Positions 1 through 14,621 are shown, numbered from the stretch's first letter. The stretch: DNA of 64,000 nt from Azolla caroliniana (GCA_043228905.1 JBHGNT010000004.1:1550001-1614000); one strand, 5' to 3'. Numbers and translations are program-made. Notes: generated by a model from the sequence alone, not told the origin.

Positions 1-420
1 GAAATTTTATGGGAGGTAGTGGACCTGAGTCATTTCGTCAATGGAAAATTGAAGGTATGAGATTTTAATCTATAAGGTGTGAATGGTCTATTTACTCGAA
101 ATAAGGTCTCTGGAGGTTTTTGGAAGAGCAATACTAGAAACTATTTCACCGAAATGGGCCCTCGTGTTGTAACCTAAGTACCCTTCAAGGCAAATGAAGG
201 TTGTAACCTAAGTACTTTATATTAAGGGGAGGATAAAACACTAGCTTGAATTAAAACACTAGGACACCATCCAAGTTGAATGATGCCTGAGTTAATCACA
301 TAGTGAGAGTCTCTCTGTCACTCTCTTCATGTCATGTGTAAGGTATTCCCACAAACTTTATATACATGGCACATGCTACACCTCGAGCCTTATGCTATGG
401 AGTGGAACATGGGGCCGTGA

Positions 421-847
421 GATTGACGTATACTTTGATTGGTGGCCTTTTGGTCAACTATCAATCATAGAAAGCCCATCTTACAAGAGGGTGAATTTGC
501 GTAAGTGGTGGTTTTAAGGTTAGCTGGGCTCTAAAAGAGTTGTCCCACTATTGTGCCAAGGTGTATGACTTCGTAGCAAAATATCTTACAAGTAGATAAA
601 AATGTGGAGACTAGATAAAATAAATAGAAATGATTGACGTATACTTTGATTGGTGGCCTTTTGGTCAACTATCAATCATAGAAAGCCCATCTTACAAGAG
701 GGTGAATTTGCGTAAGTGGTGGTTTTAAGGTTAGCTGGGCTCTAAAAGAGTTGTCCCACTATTGTGCCAAGGTGTATGACTTCGTAGCAAAATATCTTAC
801 AAGTAGATAAAAATGTGGAGACTAGATAAAATAAATAGAAATGATTG
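421..847. repeat. Tandem duplication of a 211-bp unit (421-631, 632-842)
   Basis: GATTGACGTATACTTTGATTGG...ATAAATAGAAAT occurs twice back to back; GATTG microhomology at 421, 632 and 843. Confidence 0.9.
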
Positions 848-2473
848 TCATCAATTTATATAAACAATGAAAAAACATGAATTATTGTAGATATTGGGAA
901 AACCTTTGTTTTATCTAAATGTAATATATGTATGCTAAAAAGAAAACAATATATCATTTGGAACCCATATAAAGAAGGTGGAATTTACATCATTATCATG
1001 TAAAATAACTTTGGGGCAAATTTTCATAATTTCTATTATTTAAAAAAGAGATTGATGCTATTTCTTTCACACTAACCAAAATATTCTTCGTCACTTGAAG
1101 CTCACAATTGGGTTCATGTGTACAATGAGCCTTTGTATTGTTCCATGTTCCTCTTTGAGAACATTGTTTAGTGTAGCTCTAATATGTGTTTTCCATACTT
1201 GTAATGACCATCTTATTATATAGTCTTTAAATGTGGCCCATGGTTGACATTACTAACGTCACTTTTAGGATTTGACATGCAACCTGCAATTTCATGTTTT
1301 TCATATGACTCTAAAGTGCGCTTCCACACTTGTCATTGCCATCTTATGATGCTCTTACATGTGGTCCATGGTAAACATTACAAGCGTCCAACTTTAGGAT
1401 TTGACATGCAACCGACAAATTCATGGGATATATATAAATTATAAAAATGTCAATCTTTTTCGGATGGCAAAGTTCTAAGTTGGTTATACATTGACATTCT
1501 AAAATATTGTTGATTGTCCAAAAGTACATGAATGAGGGACTTTCATAAATCCACCGAATATGTTTTCATAAAAAATAACTTGTATTTTTCTCATAGCTAA
1601 CTGACAGAAAACATTGTAGAAAGACGATGTAATACACCACGGAAAAACTATTGGCAATGTAAACCCAAATAATATTATAGAAAGATGATATTTCTACACA
1701 TGCCAGAACATGTTCATCGAACAACATTATGTTGTTATTCGTGGTCCGATTCTTCTTTTCTTCATACTAATCTAAGCATCAAAATGTTCGTTCTACAAAA
1801 CCTCATCAAATCTGGTTGTTGTATGGATGACCACAAACCTCATTTAAGTGTATCGTTGACAACCATCAAGTTAATTTCTAACGAAAGAGTTGGTTTTGAT
1901 CTTATTCATCTTAGGAAAACCCTTCTTAATGTGCAACTAATGATACAGACAAAATAAGTATCATCCCCCTAAGTTTTGTTGTCAATGGAAATGATCCCTT
2001 TAATCATATGATATCGAAACTCATGCATGTTTGATTGATCTCTAAAACAATTTCTCATCCTTGCATTAATAGATCATCATTTTTTTTGTATTCTTCTTGA
2101 TTAATCAATGCAAGTGAATCCTTCCAAAAATGGTTACATAATGCAACCATTCTTGTGTAGTTATTGTAACCATTTTCGTGTATGCATCTAATCCTAGTAC
2201 TCTAGATGAGGAAATTTTAGAGCTTCAAATATATCATCTTTAAAGTGATAACATTATATGTAGTAATGAAATGCTGAATATAGTTGATATAAATTAATCA
2301 CGTGAGCATTTTCCATGTATATTCTCATTTCCTCAACTTCATACATTTGACCCAAATGATGGTGACATTGATGAGAAATGCCTTTGCTATAGTGACAAAA
2401 ATCATGATCCAATCTAATTACACTTTATATGAAAGATTTTGGCATGAAATGCATCTATAACAAATATATTATA

Positions 2474-3216
2474 GGGAAAAGTATCAGGATACCCCTGGAA
2501 GTTTGTCTATTTACTAGAATGCCCCTGGAAGTTCCAAATTTACCAAACTACCCCTATGTCTAAAAAAATACACTTTATAAAGTAATTATACACTCAAATC
2601 TACAAGCCGTATTTACCAGAATACCCTTCAAACACAAATTTCTTTACTTAAGGGATTCTTTGGGTTCTTTGTACCTAACAATGTAGTCTTTCTTTTCTTT
2701 CTTGTTAATTGGGTTGATGAATTATCTTCATCATCAAGATCCATAAAAATACTCGCAAACCAAAATTAATTATCAAAATGTAATAATACATGTTAATTTT
2801 GATCCGTCTACAAAAAGTGTAATTCCAAAAATATCCACAAAATCAAATATATCTATCGACTCAACAAAATATATAATAATGCACAATCATCACTAAATTG
2901 GGGCCCTACAATTGCGAGCATTGTGTCCTTTCCCACGACACCTTCCACAACGATGTTCTTTCAATAAGTATTTCTATGGATCCTGATGATAAAGATGATT
3001 GATCAACCCAATGAACAAGAAAGAAAAGAAAGACTAAACTGTTAGGTAGAACAGACCCAAAGAATTGCTTAAGAAAAGAAAATTGTGTTTGAAGGTTATT
3101 TTGGTAAATATGGCTTGTAGATTTGAGTGTATAATTACTTTATAAAGTGAAATTTTTTGGACATAGGGGTAGTTTGGTAAATTTGGAACTTCCAGGGGTA
3201 TCCTGGTACTTTTCGC
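2474..3216. mobile_element. Non-autonomous Mutator-like (MULE) MITE with ~280-bp TIRs
   Basis: Starts GGGAAAAGTATCAGGATACCCCTGGAAG and ends CTTCCAGGGGTATCCTGGTACTTTTCGC; long imperfect inverted arms; 9-bp TSD TATATTATA at 2465-2473 and 3217-3225. Confidence 0.9.
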
Positions 3217-4187
3217 TATATTATATTGAGTAAGGAATGCCTAATCAGAAGTTCCAACAATTTATCTAAGATGTTCTCATTGAATATTTTATTCTCTCCT
3301 CACACACATTAGCGAAACAAAAGTTACATCTTATAGTGAGTGAATATTTATGTAAACTATTTTAATTCCTTCAATTATAAAAATTAAATAAAAATTTAAT
3401 GTAGCTTGGTATTCATAGATCCAAGAGACTTGGGAGTCATGAACTAACAAAATGTTTGGTACGACTTGCATATGTTTTTAATGTGCTTAGATGCTTGCTG
3501 CCAATCACGAACCTTATGTTATTTTGTGAATATGTATCGTATAAAAGACAACATATACTATGTTTTGTTTTGGAAAGCCAATTTACAAAGTGGACAACTA
3601 TCAACAAACATATGTTCCCCTGTTCATGTTGGCAAGAAAATTCTATTCGAGTCCCATGACCCTTCCAAAATGTTTTCATATGTCATGTGATATTTTCAAT
3701 GGCATAGGACAAGTGGACGGTTGTTAAATCCTATCGTCGCCAATACCCCCTAATATAGCTCTTAGACCGATCTGAAGTTAACATGTACTCTTATTATCTC
3801 TATCCAAGAAGAAGAGTTCCACGACATGCAATATATATCAAATTGTTTGGAGTTCCATTTGTGAAATCATGTGACTTCCAACAACATATAAATGGTCTTC
3901 CAAATCATGCGACTTCACCAAAGCATTGTTAATGTTTTGACACTAGTTCCTTTTTCCATGTAACTTAATGGAGGATTTTTGGAAGGTGATAAAATGATTG
4001 GATGCTAAAAAGAAAAGATTTATGAGGGCAAAGTTTGAGCCTAAGTTTTCACTGAGAACTTAGTTTTCCAACAGAAGCTCTACAGGAGGCGACGACGGGA
4101 TAGCAGAGTAACAGAGGCGCCGACAACAGAGGGAGGATCAAATGACATTGTCAAAGACGTCGATCTACGACTCAGCCGTGAGGAGCG

Positions 4188-6068
4188 ATGACAGCAGAAG
4201 GATCTTCGAAAAACGACTCGGCTGCTTCAGAGCTTGCACAAACATCAGCCCCAAACCTTCTGGACATCAATGGGACACAGGTATGTCATGAACATCTATT
4301 TAATCGCATTGATGCTGAAACCGAACAGGAAACACAAGGGGTGGACAATCAAAATGGTCCCTCAATGCATGCAATGGGAGCCTTTGTTCTCTCCCAGGAG
4401 GAAGAATGCCTAATGGAGAGTGAATTAACATGTCTTAAACGGGAATCCTTTGTGGTAAAAGTGGTGGGTAGCCGACCCAATAGAGCAATATTGCGTGATT
4501 GGCTGCAAAGTTTTCTACAAGAAGACCTTGGTAGATTGAAGGACATTGCATTTATGGGAAAGGGCTTCTACCATGTTATAGTGATGCCGGAAATGAATGT
4601 ATGCAAAATTGTTGAGAGCAGTCCACTGATTTGGCACAATGCGAGGGCCTATGTATTCAATTGGGATGCAGACTTTGACATGTGTAAAGCTGATGCTTAT
4701 ATAGGCAATCCTACAGTGGTAACGACATTTTTTCCTGGTTTACCTAAGCAATGGGAATCCTTTCTCCCGGCCATTGGCAAAAGTATGGGAGGTCAATGCC
4801 TGGAAAAGACTCTTGCGGAGAGAATAAGTGAAACACCGAGGATCAAACTAATTGTTTCGGATGTAAAGACCTTACCGCAATCAATGTTGTTGAGCAGTAA
4901 ACAAATGGCTGACCATGTACAAACTGTTGAATATGTGGGACTCCCAGGGCAATGCTTTGCATGTAGACAGATGGGGCACATGGCCCGAGAATGCCCTAGA
5001 GGAAAGGAGAACATGCATCATGGAAATGGGAAGCTAGGACAGAAATGTAAAACAAGTCTGATGCAACAGAAAAATCAACGAATGAACCATGCATTGAGTA
5101 AGAATGAAGATGGATGGAAACATAACACCTATAAAGGCAAACAAAAAGTCATGGTCGGACAAGAATGGCTCCCACTTAGAAATAAGTATGGGCTCTTAAC
5201 CTTAGAGGACAATGAATACAAACCTAATGAAAGGGAAGAAAGAACGAAGGCAACTCATGAGAGTAATTATGTGGAAGTAATTAATGATATGACGAAACTA
5301 CACCAGGAGGACAACTTGGTAGGGGATGTTATTGGCCAGATGCTTCCTGAAAGTATAGGCGAGGTAGGAGAATTAAACATAGGAAAGGTCGTAAGCCCAT
5401 TGAAAGAGTAGTCTAAGTCATTGGTGACAACCCAAGATATTAAGGGGCTAGCAAAAATGAAAAGGCACATGCGTGCTAAAAAAGAGGAGATGAAGGGGAT
5501 GGAAAAAAATAAAGGGATGCGTAAATGGCCAAGAGTGAACTGGAATCTTCAATACAAGGCGGGCCCCCTCTCGAATACTGGACAACAGATCAAAGTGAAT
5601 CTGTCGGGCAAAAAGTGGTTCAAGGAACTATGTGGAAGTGAGATGAAGAAGGACAACATATGTAGAGTCAATATATATGGCAAATGTAGTGATGGAGGGG
5701 TTGCTGGTCTATCCTATATTTTGGCCTTGGGAACTAAGGAGCCACATAGTAGAGAAGAAGCCCTCGGGTGTTTGGAACAACAAATGGATGTTTATGTAGA
5801 CGCATCATATGGTACTGCAATAGGGATGAAAATGAAAAGACAATGGAAAGATGCCTTGATTTGGAGTTCGGGCAAGGCGAATGAACAAGGCATATGCTTC
5901 ATAAATGTGAAATTTAGGAAGCTTCCTAATCTGATAACGGAGTTCATGGTATACATCCCTGAAATGCTGACACATTTGGAAGAGGAAAATCTCCAAGATC
6001 GGATATTAGCTACCATATTGGAAGCGGAAAATGCATTGGCTGGGCCTCAGAAGGTGCAGCTTATATGA
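4188..6068 (+). pseudogene. L1 ORF1 (DUF4283-like region + CCHC zinc knuckle) with one in-frame TAG at 5409-5411 before a 215-aa C-terminal extension
   Basis: CFACRQMGHMAREC knuckle; MGKGFYHV motif; ORFs 4188-5411 and 5421-6068 share a frame. Confidence 0.8.
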
Positions 6069-9000
6069 ATCTCAGTTTGCTAACTTGGAATATACAAGGA
6101 ATTGGTGGCACCCAATTCCAGATGAAAAAGAATGTGTTGGCTGCTGAGATTCAACGATGCATTGAGGCAGTGTTGCCTGATATTATCTTGATGCAGGAGC
6201 ACCATCTAGATGGGGACAAGATCGATAAAATAGGAAGCATTTGCCTCGGAAACTGGACCAATACATGGTCAGCAGCTACGGGAGATAGGCAGATTCAGGG
6301 GGGAGTACTTATAGCTATGAAAGCTAAGTTTACTGCTGACTGTACAGGCAGGGGTAGTTTAATAGAGGGTCGTGCTGTCTACATAAGGATAAAACACAGT
6401 TGTGGGCACTTGGGCATACTGAACATTTATGCCCCAAATTCAGCTGCTGAAAGACAAGAATTCTGGTTGCAACTAGTGGCCAAGAAACCAGATGCTGAGT
6501 TGTGGATCATTGGAGGAGACTCTAATATGGTGGAGCATCCAGAAGATAAAAGAGGCAATGCAAATGGAACGGTACAGGGGGCAGAGAAGAATGCATGGGA
6601 TAAGTTTTGTTTAGCATATAATGTGATAGATTGTTGGAATGCCCTTAACTTTCAAATGCAAAAAGAAAAATCTCTTCGCTACTCTAGAGTAGGAGGAAGT
6701 GTGCACGGGAGGACGATGTCTAGGCTAGACAGATGGTATTTGGACCCTCGACTCATGGATAGGAAAGGTAGATGCATTATTTGCCCGAGTACAATGTTCT
6801 CTGATCATGCCCCAGTTCTGTTACACATACAAGAAAACAATCGCTGCAAGCCACATAATGTGAAGGTGTGTAAGGAATTGGTTATGGATACTAAATGGAC
6901 CGATGATATACGGAAAATATGGTATGATATCAGATGGAGGTACCTTCATAGGCTGGCTGGGAAACTTGAGGCATGTGCAGGGTTTTTTCAACAAAAAGCG
7001 ATTGAAATTAGAAAAGAGATAAGAGAGAAAATGCAGAGAATGCAATGGTCACTCGCTTCTATGCAACGACTAAGAGAATTATACCCACATAATGTATGGA
7101 TTGAGGCGCAACTTGAGGAGGCCAAAAGCAAATTAGAGAGGTACCAAAAACTTAGGAGTACCTATGCCTATCGAAGTAGGGCAGCAAGCTGGATGAGGGT
7201 AGGAGATCGGGTTACTAAAGGTTTTTTTGAAGGTGTTAAATGCAAAGGATCTGGGTTTCAACCTTCATGCTTAAAAAAGACAGATGGCACAATGACCACA
7301 TGCAAAGAGGAAATGCTTGAAATAGCCACAATCTTTTATACTCAACTACTAAATGTATGCAATAAGGATCTGATTCATCAGGTTGCCTTTAGAAATATAA
7401 TAAAGAGGATACCAAGGAAAGTTACGGCTCAAATGATGGACCAACTAAATACCCCTATAGGTATGCATGAATTGTGGGATGCTATTGGGGATATGAACAA
7501 ACAAAGTTGTGCAGGAATTGATGGACTCCCTCCTTACTTTTACATCCAGTATTGGGATCTAATTAAGGATGACATGTTGGCAGGGATGCAACACATCATG
7601 GTAGAAGGACTAATGCCCACAACAATGTGTAGAGGCATGATTTATTTAATACCCAAGGCTGGTAAAGACCTAGCAATGCTTGATAATTGGCGACCACTGA
7701 CGATCCTCACCAATGCATATAAGATAATGGCCAAAGTCGTAAGTAAGAGATTGAAAATGGTACTTGGGGACATTATACATACAACGCAAACTGGTTTCTT
7801 GGAAAACCGGAGTATTGTGGACAATGTGATAACATTATGGGAATACTCAGCATGGGCTGAGGAGCAAGAAGTGGACCTAGCAGTAATGCTACTTGACTTC
7901 GAAAAAGCATATGATAGGATTTCATGGGATTTCCTAGAAGCAGTGATGGCAGCCCTAGGTTTTGAACAACAATGGATCCATGGAATGGGTGCCTTCTACA
8001 GAGGTGCATCCAGCCAAGTGTTAATGGCTGGAAGTATGGGGAAGAGCTTTAAGATGCTACGTTCGGTACGCCAAGGATGCCCATTAGCCCCGTATTTATA
8101 CATAATTGCAGCAGAAGCTTTGCATTATCAAATTGCTGATAGATCTTGGCAAATACAAGGCCTTACCTTACCCGATGCTGAAGCTATGGTGCTTGATACG
8201 GCATATGCTGATGACACAATGACCTATGTCAAAGGTGATGCACACAACTTGGGCAGATTGCAAAATGCAATTGATGAGTTTTGTAGGGGATCCGATGCTA
8301 AAATAAATTGGAATAAATCTGTGGGCATTTGGATCAGTAATAAACCCATGTTAAACTGGGTCCCCGACCCCAATTTTAGATGGTTGAGGAAAGGAGAAGC
8401 TACTAGATACTTGGGCTTCAAAATTGGTATGGACATTGATCGGGCAGAACACTACAATCTACTAGTGGATAAAATAAAAATGAAGCTAATATGGTGGAAT
8501 GCAAGAAAACTATCCTTTGCGGGAAAGATTGTGATTGCAAATCAGATTCTAATGGCCACTATATGGCACACTGCTGCATGCTGGATAATCGTGCCCAAGT
8601 CGATGAAATTGATAAAAAAGATCATTAGAAATTTCTTATGGGGGGGCACAGAGGAAAAACAAGCCGTTGCAAAGATTGCTTGGACCACACTTATAAAAAG
8701 GAAAAGTGAAGGGGGGGTGATAGATCCCGTGATGCAAACGAAGACCTTGCTAGGCAAACTAGTGGTCCGGAGCCTACAACCTCCTGAGGCACCTTGGAAA
8801 GTTCTATGGCGGCGTAGATGGAAGATGTGGTTGCCAAGACAAGGTGGATGTTGGCCTAGCAGCCCATTTTGGGGCTTTGTGCCAGAAATGAGGCCCAAAT
8901 ATTGGGGAAGTATGCAGAGTCTTTGTGCTATCGGAATTATGAAAGCATGGCAAGAAATCAGAAAGGGGATCATATGTAGGTGGAGAAATGATGCATATGC

Positions 9001-10399
9001 GCGGATATACATGCCAATTGTGTGGAATCCATTGATTAGAGATGTGGATGGGCTGATGATAGGCCAAAAAACAGGTTTCAAATGGGTTGAGTTAATCAAT
9101 GCCCAAGGGAATGCATTAGTGGAGTGGGAGAGGTTTTTGTCCAATGAGGTGGGCACTCAAAAGGCTAGAATATGGAGAATAAGCAGGGGTAAAGGCATGC
9201 TCAAGAGAATTACAGATGCCATTGCATGCTACAAGAATACATTGGAAGAGGAAGAAGTAACAACCTCTGAAATTGCGTGGACAGGTCTTATAGATGCTGA
9301 AAACTGTTTAATTGGCATTAAGGGAATGAAAGTAGAATCGAACGAGGTATGCTACTACAAACTAGAGCACGAAAGGGCAAGAGGTGAGCAACCAGTCTTT
9401 CAAAGAGAAAAGCCGATTAGGCTGATCGTAAAAACTGGCAAGAATATGATTATTGACCCTAAGCCAAGGGAGATCACACCGGTGACAGTGTGTTGGCCTA
9501 TAGAAGGGCATTTGGATCAGTTATCATGGGACCCAGCCAGGCATTTTTGGAGAACTCAAGGACAAACTGATGGGGAAAAGTTGGTTCAATTTTTCAGGTA
9601 TAACACGAAGATTGGGAGGCAAATTCTTCTAGAACAAAAACATGACAAGGTTGCGGCAAGGAAATTTTGGATGCAGGAGGGCATAAGTGAAAGGAGACTA
9701 GATAAATTCTGGAAAATGATATGGCATGACAAATATGACCGCAAGATAATGATGTGTTTATGGCTTATTGCACATAGAGCCTTGCCGGTAGGGACGTGGG
9801 GTAAAGGCCCCAATGTAGACCCTAGATGTACTGCATGTGGACAGATAGAAAGCATCTCCCATTGTCTATGGGAATGCCGTGATGCAATGGTTGTATGGGG
9901 AAGGGCACTTCGTTTGCTTTGCCATGCCTCTAGTTCGTTCACCCTCAACTGGGGACATGCTTGTTGGATGTGTCTTGACGTTGATGTGGTGACATACGAT
10001 AGCACATGCAATGCTAAGTACAGAGGGGAGAATGGCATTGTTCGGCTGATCCCTGACAACGGGGTACCTACAACTTGTGTACAGAATTAAAAACTTGAAG
10101 ATCTTTGGATGTTGCTTGCCCCCATTACTATATGGCATATATGGACAGCAAGGTGTACCAAGGTATTTTCCGCACACAAACGCCCTCCAGCTGAATCGAT
10201 TAAGCTAATTTGGCACACACTCATAACTACACTAAGAGCTCAATATGTGCGGATTAATGGTACTAATGATGCTACAGACCTAATGAGGCTGAATTTTCGA
10301 AAAAGATGGTGTACGACACCGATGGCCGCAGCAAATGGAATGGATATACTATGGAAGTATGATGTACCCAGATGGTTGTTTCCCCCTCCCATTAGTTGA
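6065..10399 (+). CDS. L1 ORF2: APE endonuclease, reverse transcriptase and C-terminal zinc finger; one in-frame TAA at 10088-10090
   Basis: TWNIQG, NIYAPN, GGDSN, SRLDRW, SDHAPV (EN); WRPLT, LDFEKAYDR, RQGCPLAP, YADD (RT); CTACGQIESISHCLWEC; ORF 10109-10399 is in the same frame. Confidence 0.93.
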
Positions 10400-11928
10400 A
10401 CGAGGGGTGTGAAAGACATGGCAAGTGGGATAGTGAAGGTAGGTGATGTATCTGAAAGGATGGCTTGAGTCATATGTAAAAGTGTAAGATAAATAAGTGA
10501 GATCTCGTATGTAGGCTAGGATAATCTTGGCACGGCCTACCTGAGAAAGGGATCGTGTTCATGTATATTTTAACTAATGGAGTATATTCTTTTTTGGAAA
10601 ATAAAAAAATAAAAAAAAATAAAAAAAATAAAGACACCTAATAGATTGTACCCAATCATCAATACGCGTTAAGATTTTTTTATTGTCAACCACGTAGTTG
10701 TCTTTAGTCATGTTGCAATGTCTACGAGACATCTAATGTTTTTCCTCGCATTAGATTTTTGAACCATGTTGTTTGTGTCTTTTTCTTGGAAAGGTTTAGG
10801 GGGATGTGCCTCACTGTGTTTAGCCTGTTTTAGGGGGATGTGTGCCCAAACCATGCTCAACATTTCATAACTGCAATAGCATTATATTTTATGTTTTCAT
10901 AGAAAAGATGGATCATTTTGCACGAGCTTAGAAAACATGCACTCATTGATTCCTTTGTAAGGAGGGACACTCGAAGCAAAAGGGGAGAATGAAGCGATTT
11001 ACTTATATAAGGAAGAACTCTATTCTTCCACATGCTTTAAATGCCAAGATTACAATTCGTCTTTAAAATCTAAGGGCCTCATTGTAGTAGAATTGGTTAG
11101 CTTTTGTGGCCCAAAATCCAACATGCCATGTGTATCACCTCATTCCTTCTCCTTTTTCTGGCATAGCTTGACGCTTTGACAAATATTTGGGCCTTAAATT
11201 TCAAATGTGGGGGCTTAGGTCATTTATTGTAGAAAGCAGTACCTTAAAAAAATTTTCCTCATGATCTTGATGAATGACAACATGATAAAACAATAACTTT
11301 AAGTGTGGTTAGTTTAGGAACTCATCACTATTCACGTATTTATTTTCAATATTCAACTCAAAGGCTCGTATCAAACTCATGTTTCATTTGTTCTTCCTTC
11401 ACAATTCACCTAAAGGTTATCCACCATCCTCACATTACATCAAGATGACTATTATTCAAACCGAATTTCATCTTCTTATTTTTTTCAAAGAAGAATATAC
11501 TCCATTAGTTAAATTTCATCTTCTTATGACATCAATCACTTTGCTTTTACAAGCTATATGTATAGCAAAGCATTTGTCTAGACTTGGATGAAGAATTAAC
11601 TTCCATCTCTTCAATAACGCGATTCGTTGTAATGAATTGTTTCGTTTAATAGAGGAACACAGTTTACTTTTTTTTCAATGGAGGATTATATTTTACTTTA
11701 GAATCTTCAATGATGTAATTTCTTATAAGTACAATGAAAAGGAATAAACAAATTTGTACTTTCTTATAATTACAATGGAAAGGAAAGAATATCTTGCCTT
11801 ATAACCTATTTTTATATTATCATAACTTTTGTGTTGTTTCTAATGTTACATACTATTTTTTTTGTCCACAAGGCTTAAAAATGTATACAATTATATACTA
11901 GAGATTATAAAAAAATCATTGGAAAAAC

Positions 11929-13707
11929 TTATTGTTCTCCAATTTGCTCAATCTCAAAGTCTTTGATGGCCGAGGCCAAGTTGTGCATGCTCAAGTCCAA
12001 ATTGAATGGCTCTTTATCAAACCAAATCGTGTCTTTGTGATCCAACGTGATGTTAATGAAGTCTCGACACACTTCATCGTTAAAGGATGTTGTCCCATGG
12101 TAGTGATAGTATCTCACCTTGTCTCCTCTAATTTGCAAGCTTTTACCTTTGAGATTTTGAGATAGATGAACACCTGTCGCAAAAACATTGCGTGGTTGTA
12201 TTGCGTATTTCCTGTCGCGTCGCACCCCCTTTTTGGTAGATTTGAACACGAGTTTCTCAAAGCCCCACATACTACACAATAAACATAGTAGTAACACATT
12301 AGTACAAAGAAATATGCATAAAAACTTGTGTCTTTATTACCATATTAAGCTTTTTCTATTACAATTTAAACATCAACCAACCAACTAGGTGAAAAGTAAG
12401 AGAAGGAATTTTTACTTGCTATAATTGGCACTTGGGACATTGTTGATGCAAAGATGGTGTGACATTGGTGCTTGCTCAAAGAAGATTTGTGTGAACTCTG
12501 CATGTTCTGCCAGGAGTGACTCAAGAGACGAATCCTCAGGCAAGTATAGGAATTCATCGACATCGAAGAAGAAGGTCCAATTGGTCATGAACCTCGTCTT
12601 GTGCAAGCAATCATTCACAATCAAGAATTGGTTATGGTAGTACCCGTCGTATTTCTCTTGCGCCCGCACGTTCTCGATCGTGATCCTCCTAGCCTTGACC
12701 CAAGGCTCTAAGACCTTCCGGACTCCGGGATGGATACCCCCAGCATCATACAACACAAAATGTGATCTGGGACCGAATAGTTTCATGTGGTAGGAGACCC
12801 ATTCTCGGATGCGTTGGGGGTTTAGATCTCCAAAGAGGGGCGATCCGCAATACATGTAGTCATAAGGCCGAGTCGGGTTGTCGAAAGTTGTTGCATTATA
12901 CTCCCCTTTCTTCTCTTCGAGTGCCACAATTTTTTGTACATTCGAGGATTCATCGAACGAGTCCGTGGGCGATGCATACAATACGAGCTTCCCGCCCTCG
13001 CGATCGATCCCAATGTCTTGATTGAATGTGCACATCACGATGACTACCGTGTAGATCCTCCCGAAGCCCCAATCGGGGAGCATCTTAGTAGCAATACCTT
13101 GGACCGAGGTATGACCATGGCCATGGCGAGTGAGGTTCCCTGCATTGGTATTGGGCATGGTCCAATCCCTAGGAGGAGGCTCGGGCACCCATTCACACTC
13201 GAAGCTTGCGTTCGAGAACACGTGGCTCGCCTTGGAGCCGAGCCCGTTGATGAAGAATTGATTGGGGCCTCCTCTGTATGTGGACATGTGGATGAAGAGA
13301 TGGGATCCTACACCAAAGGCTTGGAACTCTCTCTTCTCCCCTAGACTACCAGATTGGTGGTTGGGGGGAGACTTGCAATTCTGATAGTCTTGGCATGATG
13401 AATCATGGCCCTCCTCCAAGTTTGGAGATATTATGGCTTCCTCCAAATTAGAGGTCCTGTTAGGGGTAGCTACTTGCTCTTCATCATGGTTTTGGGTTGT
13501 GATCAAATTAGGGTTTTTGAAGGGATCATAGGTTGCATTAGATGGAGAAGAATCAATGATAGCTAGGGTTTTGCCCTTGAGAAGGAGCTTCCAATCATTC
13601 AATAGAGATTGTGAATAAGGGAAGTCTTGTAGCATAAAAAGACAGAAGAAGAACAAGAAGAGAACGAAGCAGAGATTGTAGCTGATTATTCGAGCTTTGT
13701 GATTCAT
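11929..13707 (-). CDS. GALS: Galactan beta-1,4-galactosyltransferase (GT92/DUF23), exons 13707-12416 and 12271-11929
   Basis: N-terminal TM helix; YCGSPLFGDLNPQRIREW, YDAGG, YHNQFLIVNDCL, FFDVDEF, WGFEKLVF, TGVHLSQN and RYYHYHG motifs of plant GALS; the GT-AG intron 12415-12272 joins the two ORFs in frame. Confidence 0.93.
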
Positions 13708-14621
13708 TAAAAACAAATTTGAATATGGGTTTTGGAATTGATGAGCAATAGAACTTCCTGAAATCAGATCGAATTAGTAAATCAGTCAGGCCCACCCAAT
13801 TTTGATAATGATAAAGGATTAAAGGAAGAACATCCATTAATGGAAATTAATCAGCAGAATCTTCGAGGGATTAAATAACAACGACAACGAATTTCAGAAT
13901 CATTAGAAGGATGAAAACTATTAGCTTCGCAAAGCTAGTTATTGAATTTATTTGTTGAGCCAGAAAAATAATTAGTACCTTCTTTGTTGCAATAATTTCT
14001 TGAGATGAGTCTTCTGAGAAGGCGCTAATTAAATCGATTTTTCTCTATCAAACCGATCGATCTAATGCGAGGTCATCGGATAGCTACTGATGATTCATTC
14101 CATTTATTTGATTACCGACAATTATTAACAATTTCAGTCGCAGTATTTAAGACACATGAAATTTGCAAAGGGCGCTAACTACATCAAGTATGCCAATCGA
14201 ATTAATCCACAAACAGCTGCTAATCAACCAAATCGATTTACAAATAGTCGCTAACCAGCTGCTGACGGGCAATCAAGAGGGCAGAAAGTGTTAATGATAT
14301 CCCTAATCGAGATTAAGAGCCTTTATTGTCTAATGCTAATGGTCATCTGCTTTGCTTGCCATTTAAATCACCCTAATTGATGGATTGGCACACTCTGTTT
14401 TAAAGGATTGACACGCTTTTCTGATTCATTGATTAGATGTAAAGGCAGAAGAAGAATGGCTCGGGATGAAATCGGGCGGTGACGATTGACGTGAAGAGTT
14501 AAGATCAACGGTGGAGATGGCGAGGCCATGACCCAAGTTTAGAAATTGCCAAATTTGGCTGGCCCACCCCCTACTAATTTCACAAACAAAAAGTCCCTTA
14601 TGCAAGTCTTCTATGCTACTC

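Larger units (their letters stand above)
4030..10632 (+). mobile_element. Near-full-length L1-clade LINE (copy 1); 5' boundary approximate
   Basis: ORF1 + ORF2 (EN-RT-zinc finger), 3' UTR, and an A-rich tail at ~10598-10632. No TSD found by eye. Confidence 0.92.

Noticed and set aside
1-330. Possible PPT/LTR remnant (AAGGGGGAGGA) and a short GTTGTAACCTAAGTAC repeat
   Set aside because: No TG...CA boundary or partner LTR in the window.
1500-2450. Possible hAT or other DNA transposon remnant on the minus strand
   Set aside because: Only vague motif hints; no termini or convincing reading frame.
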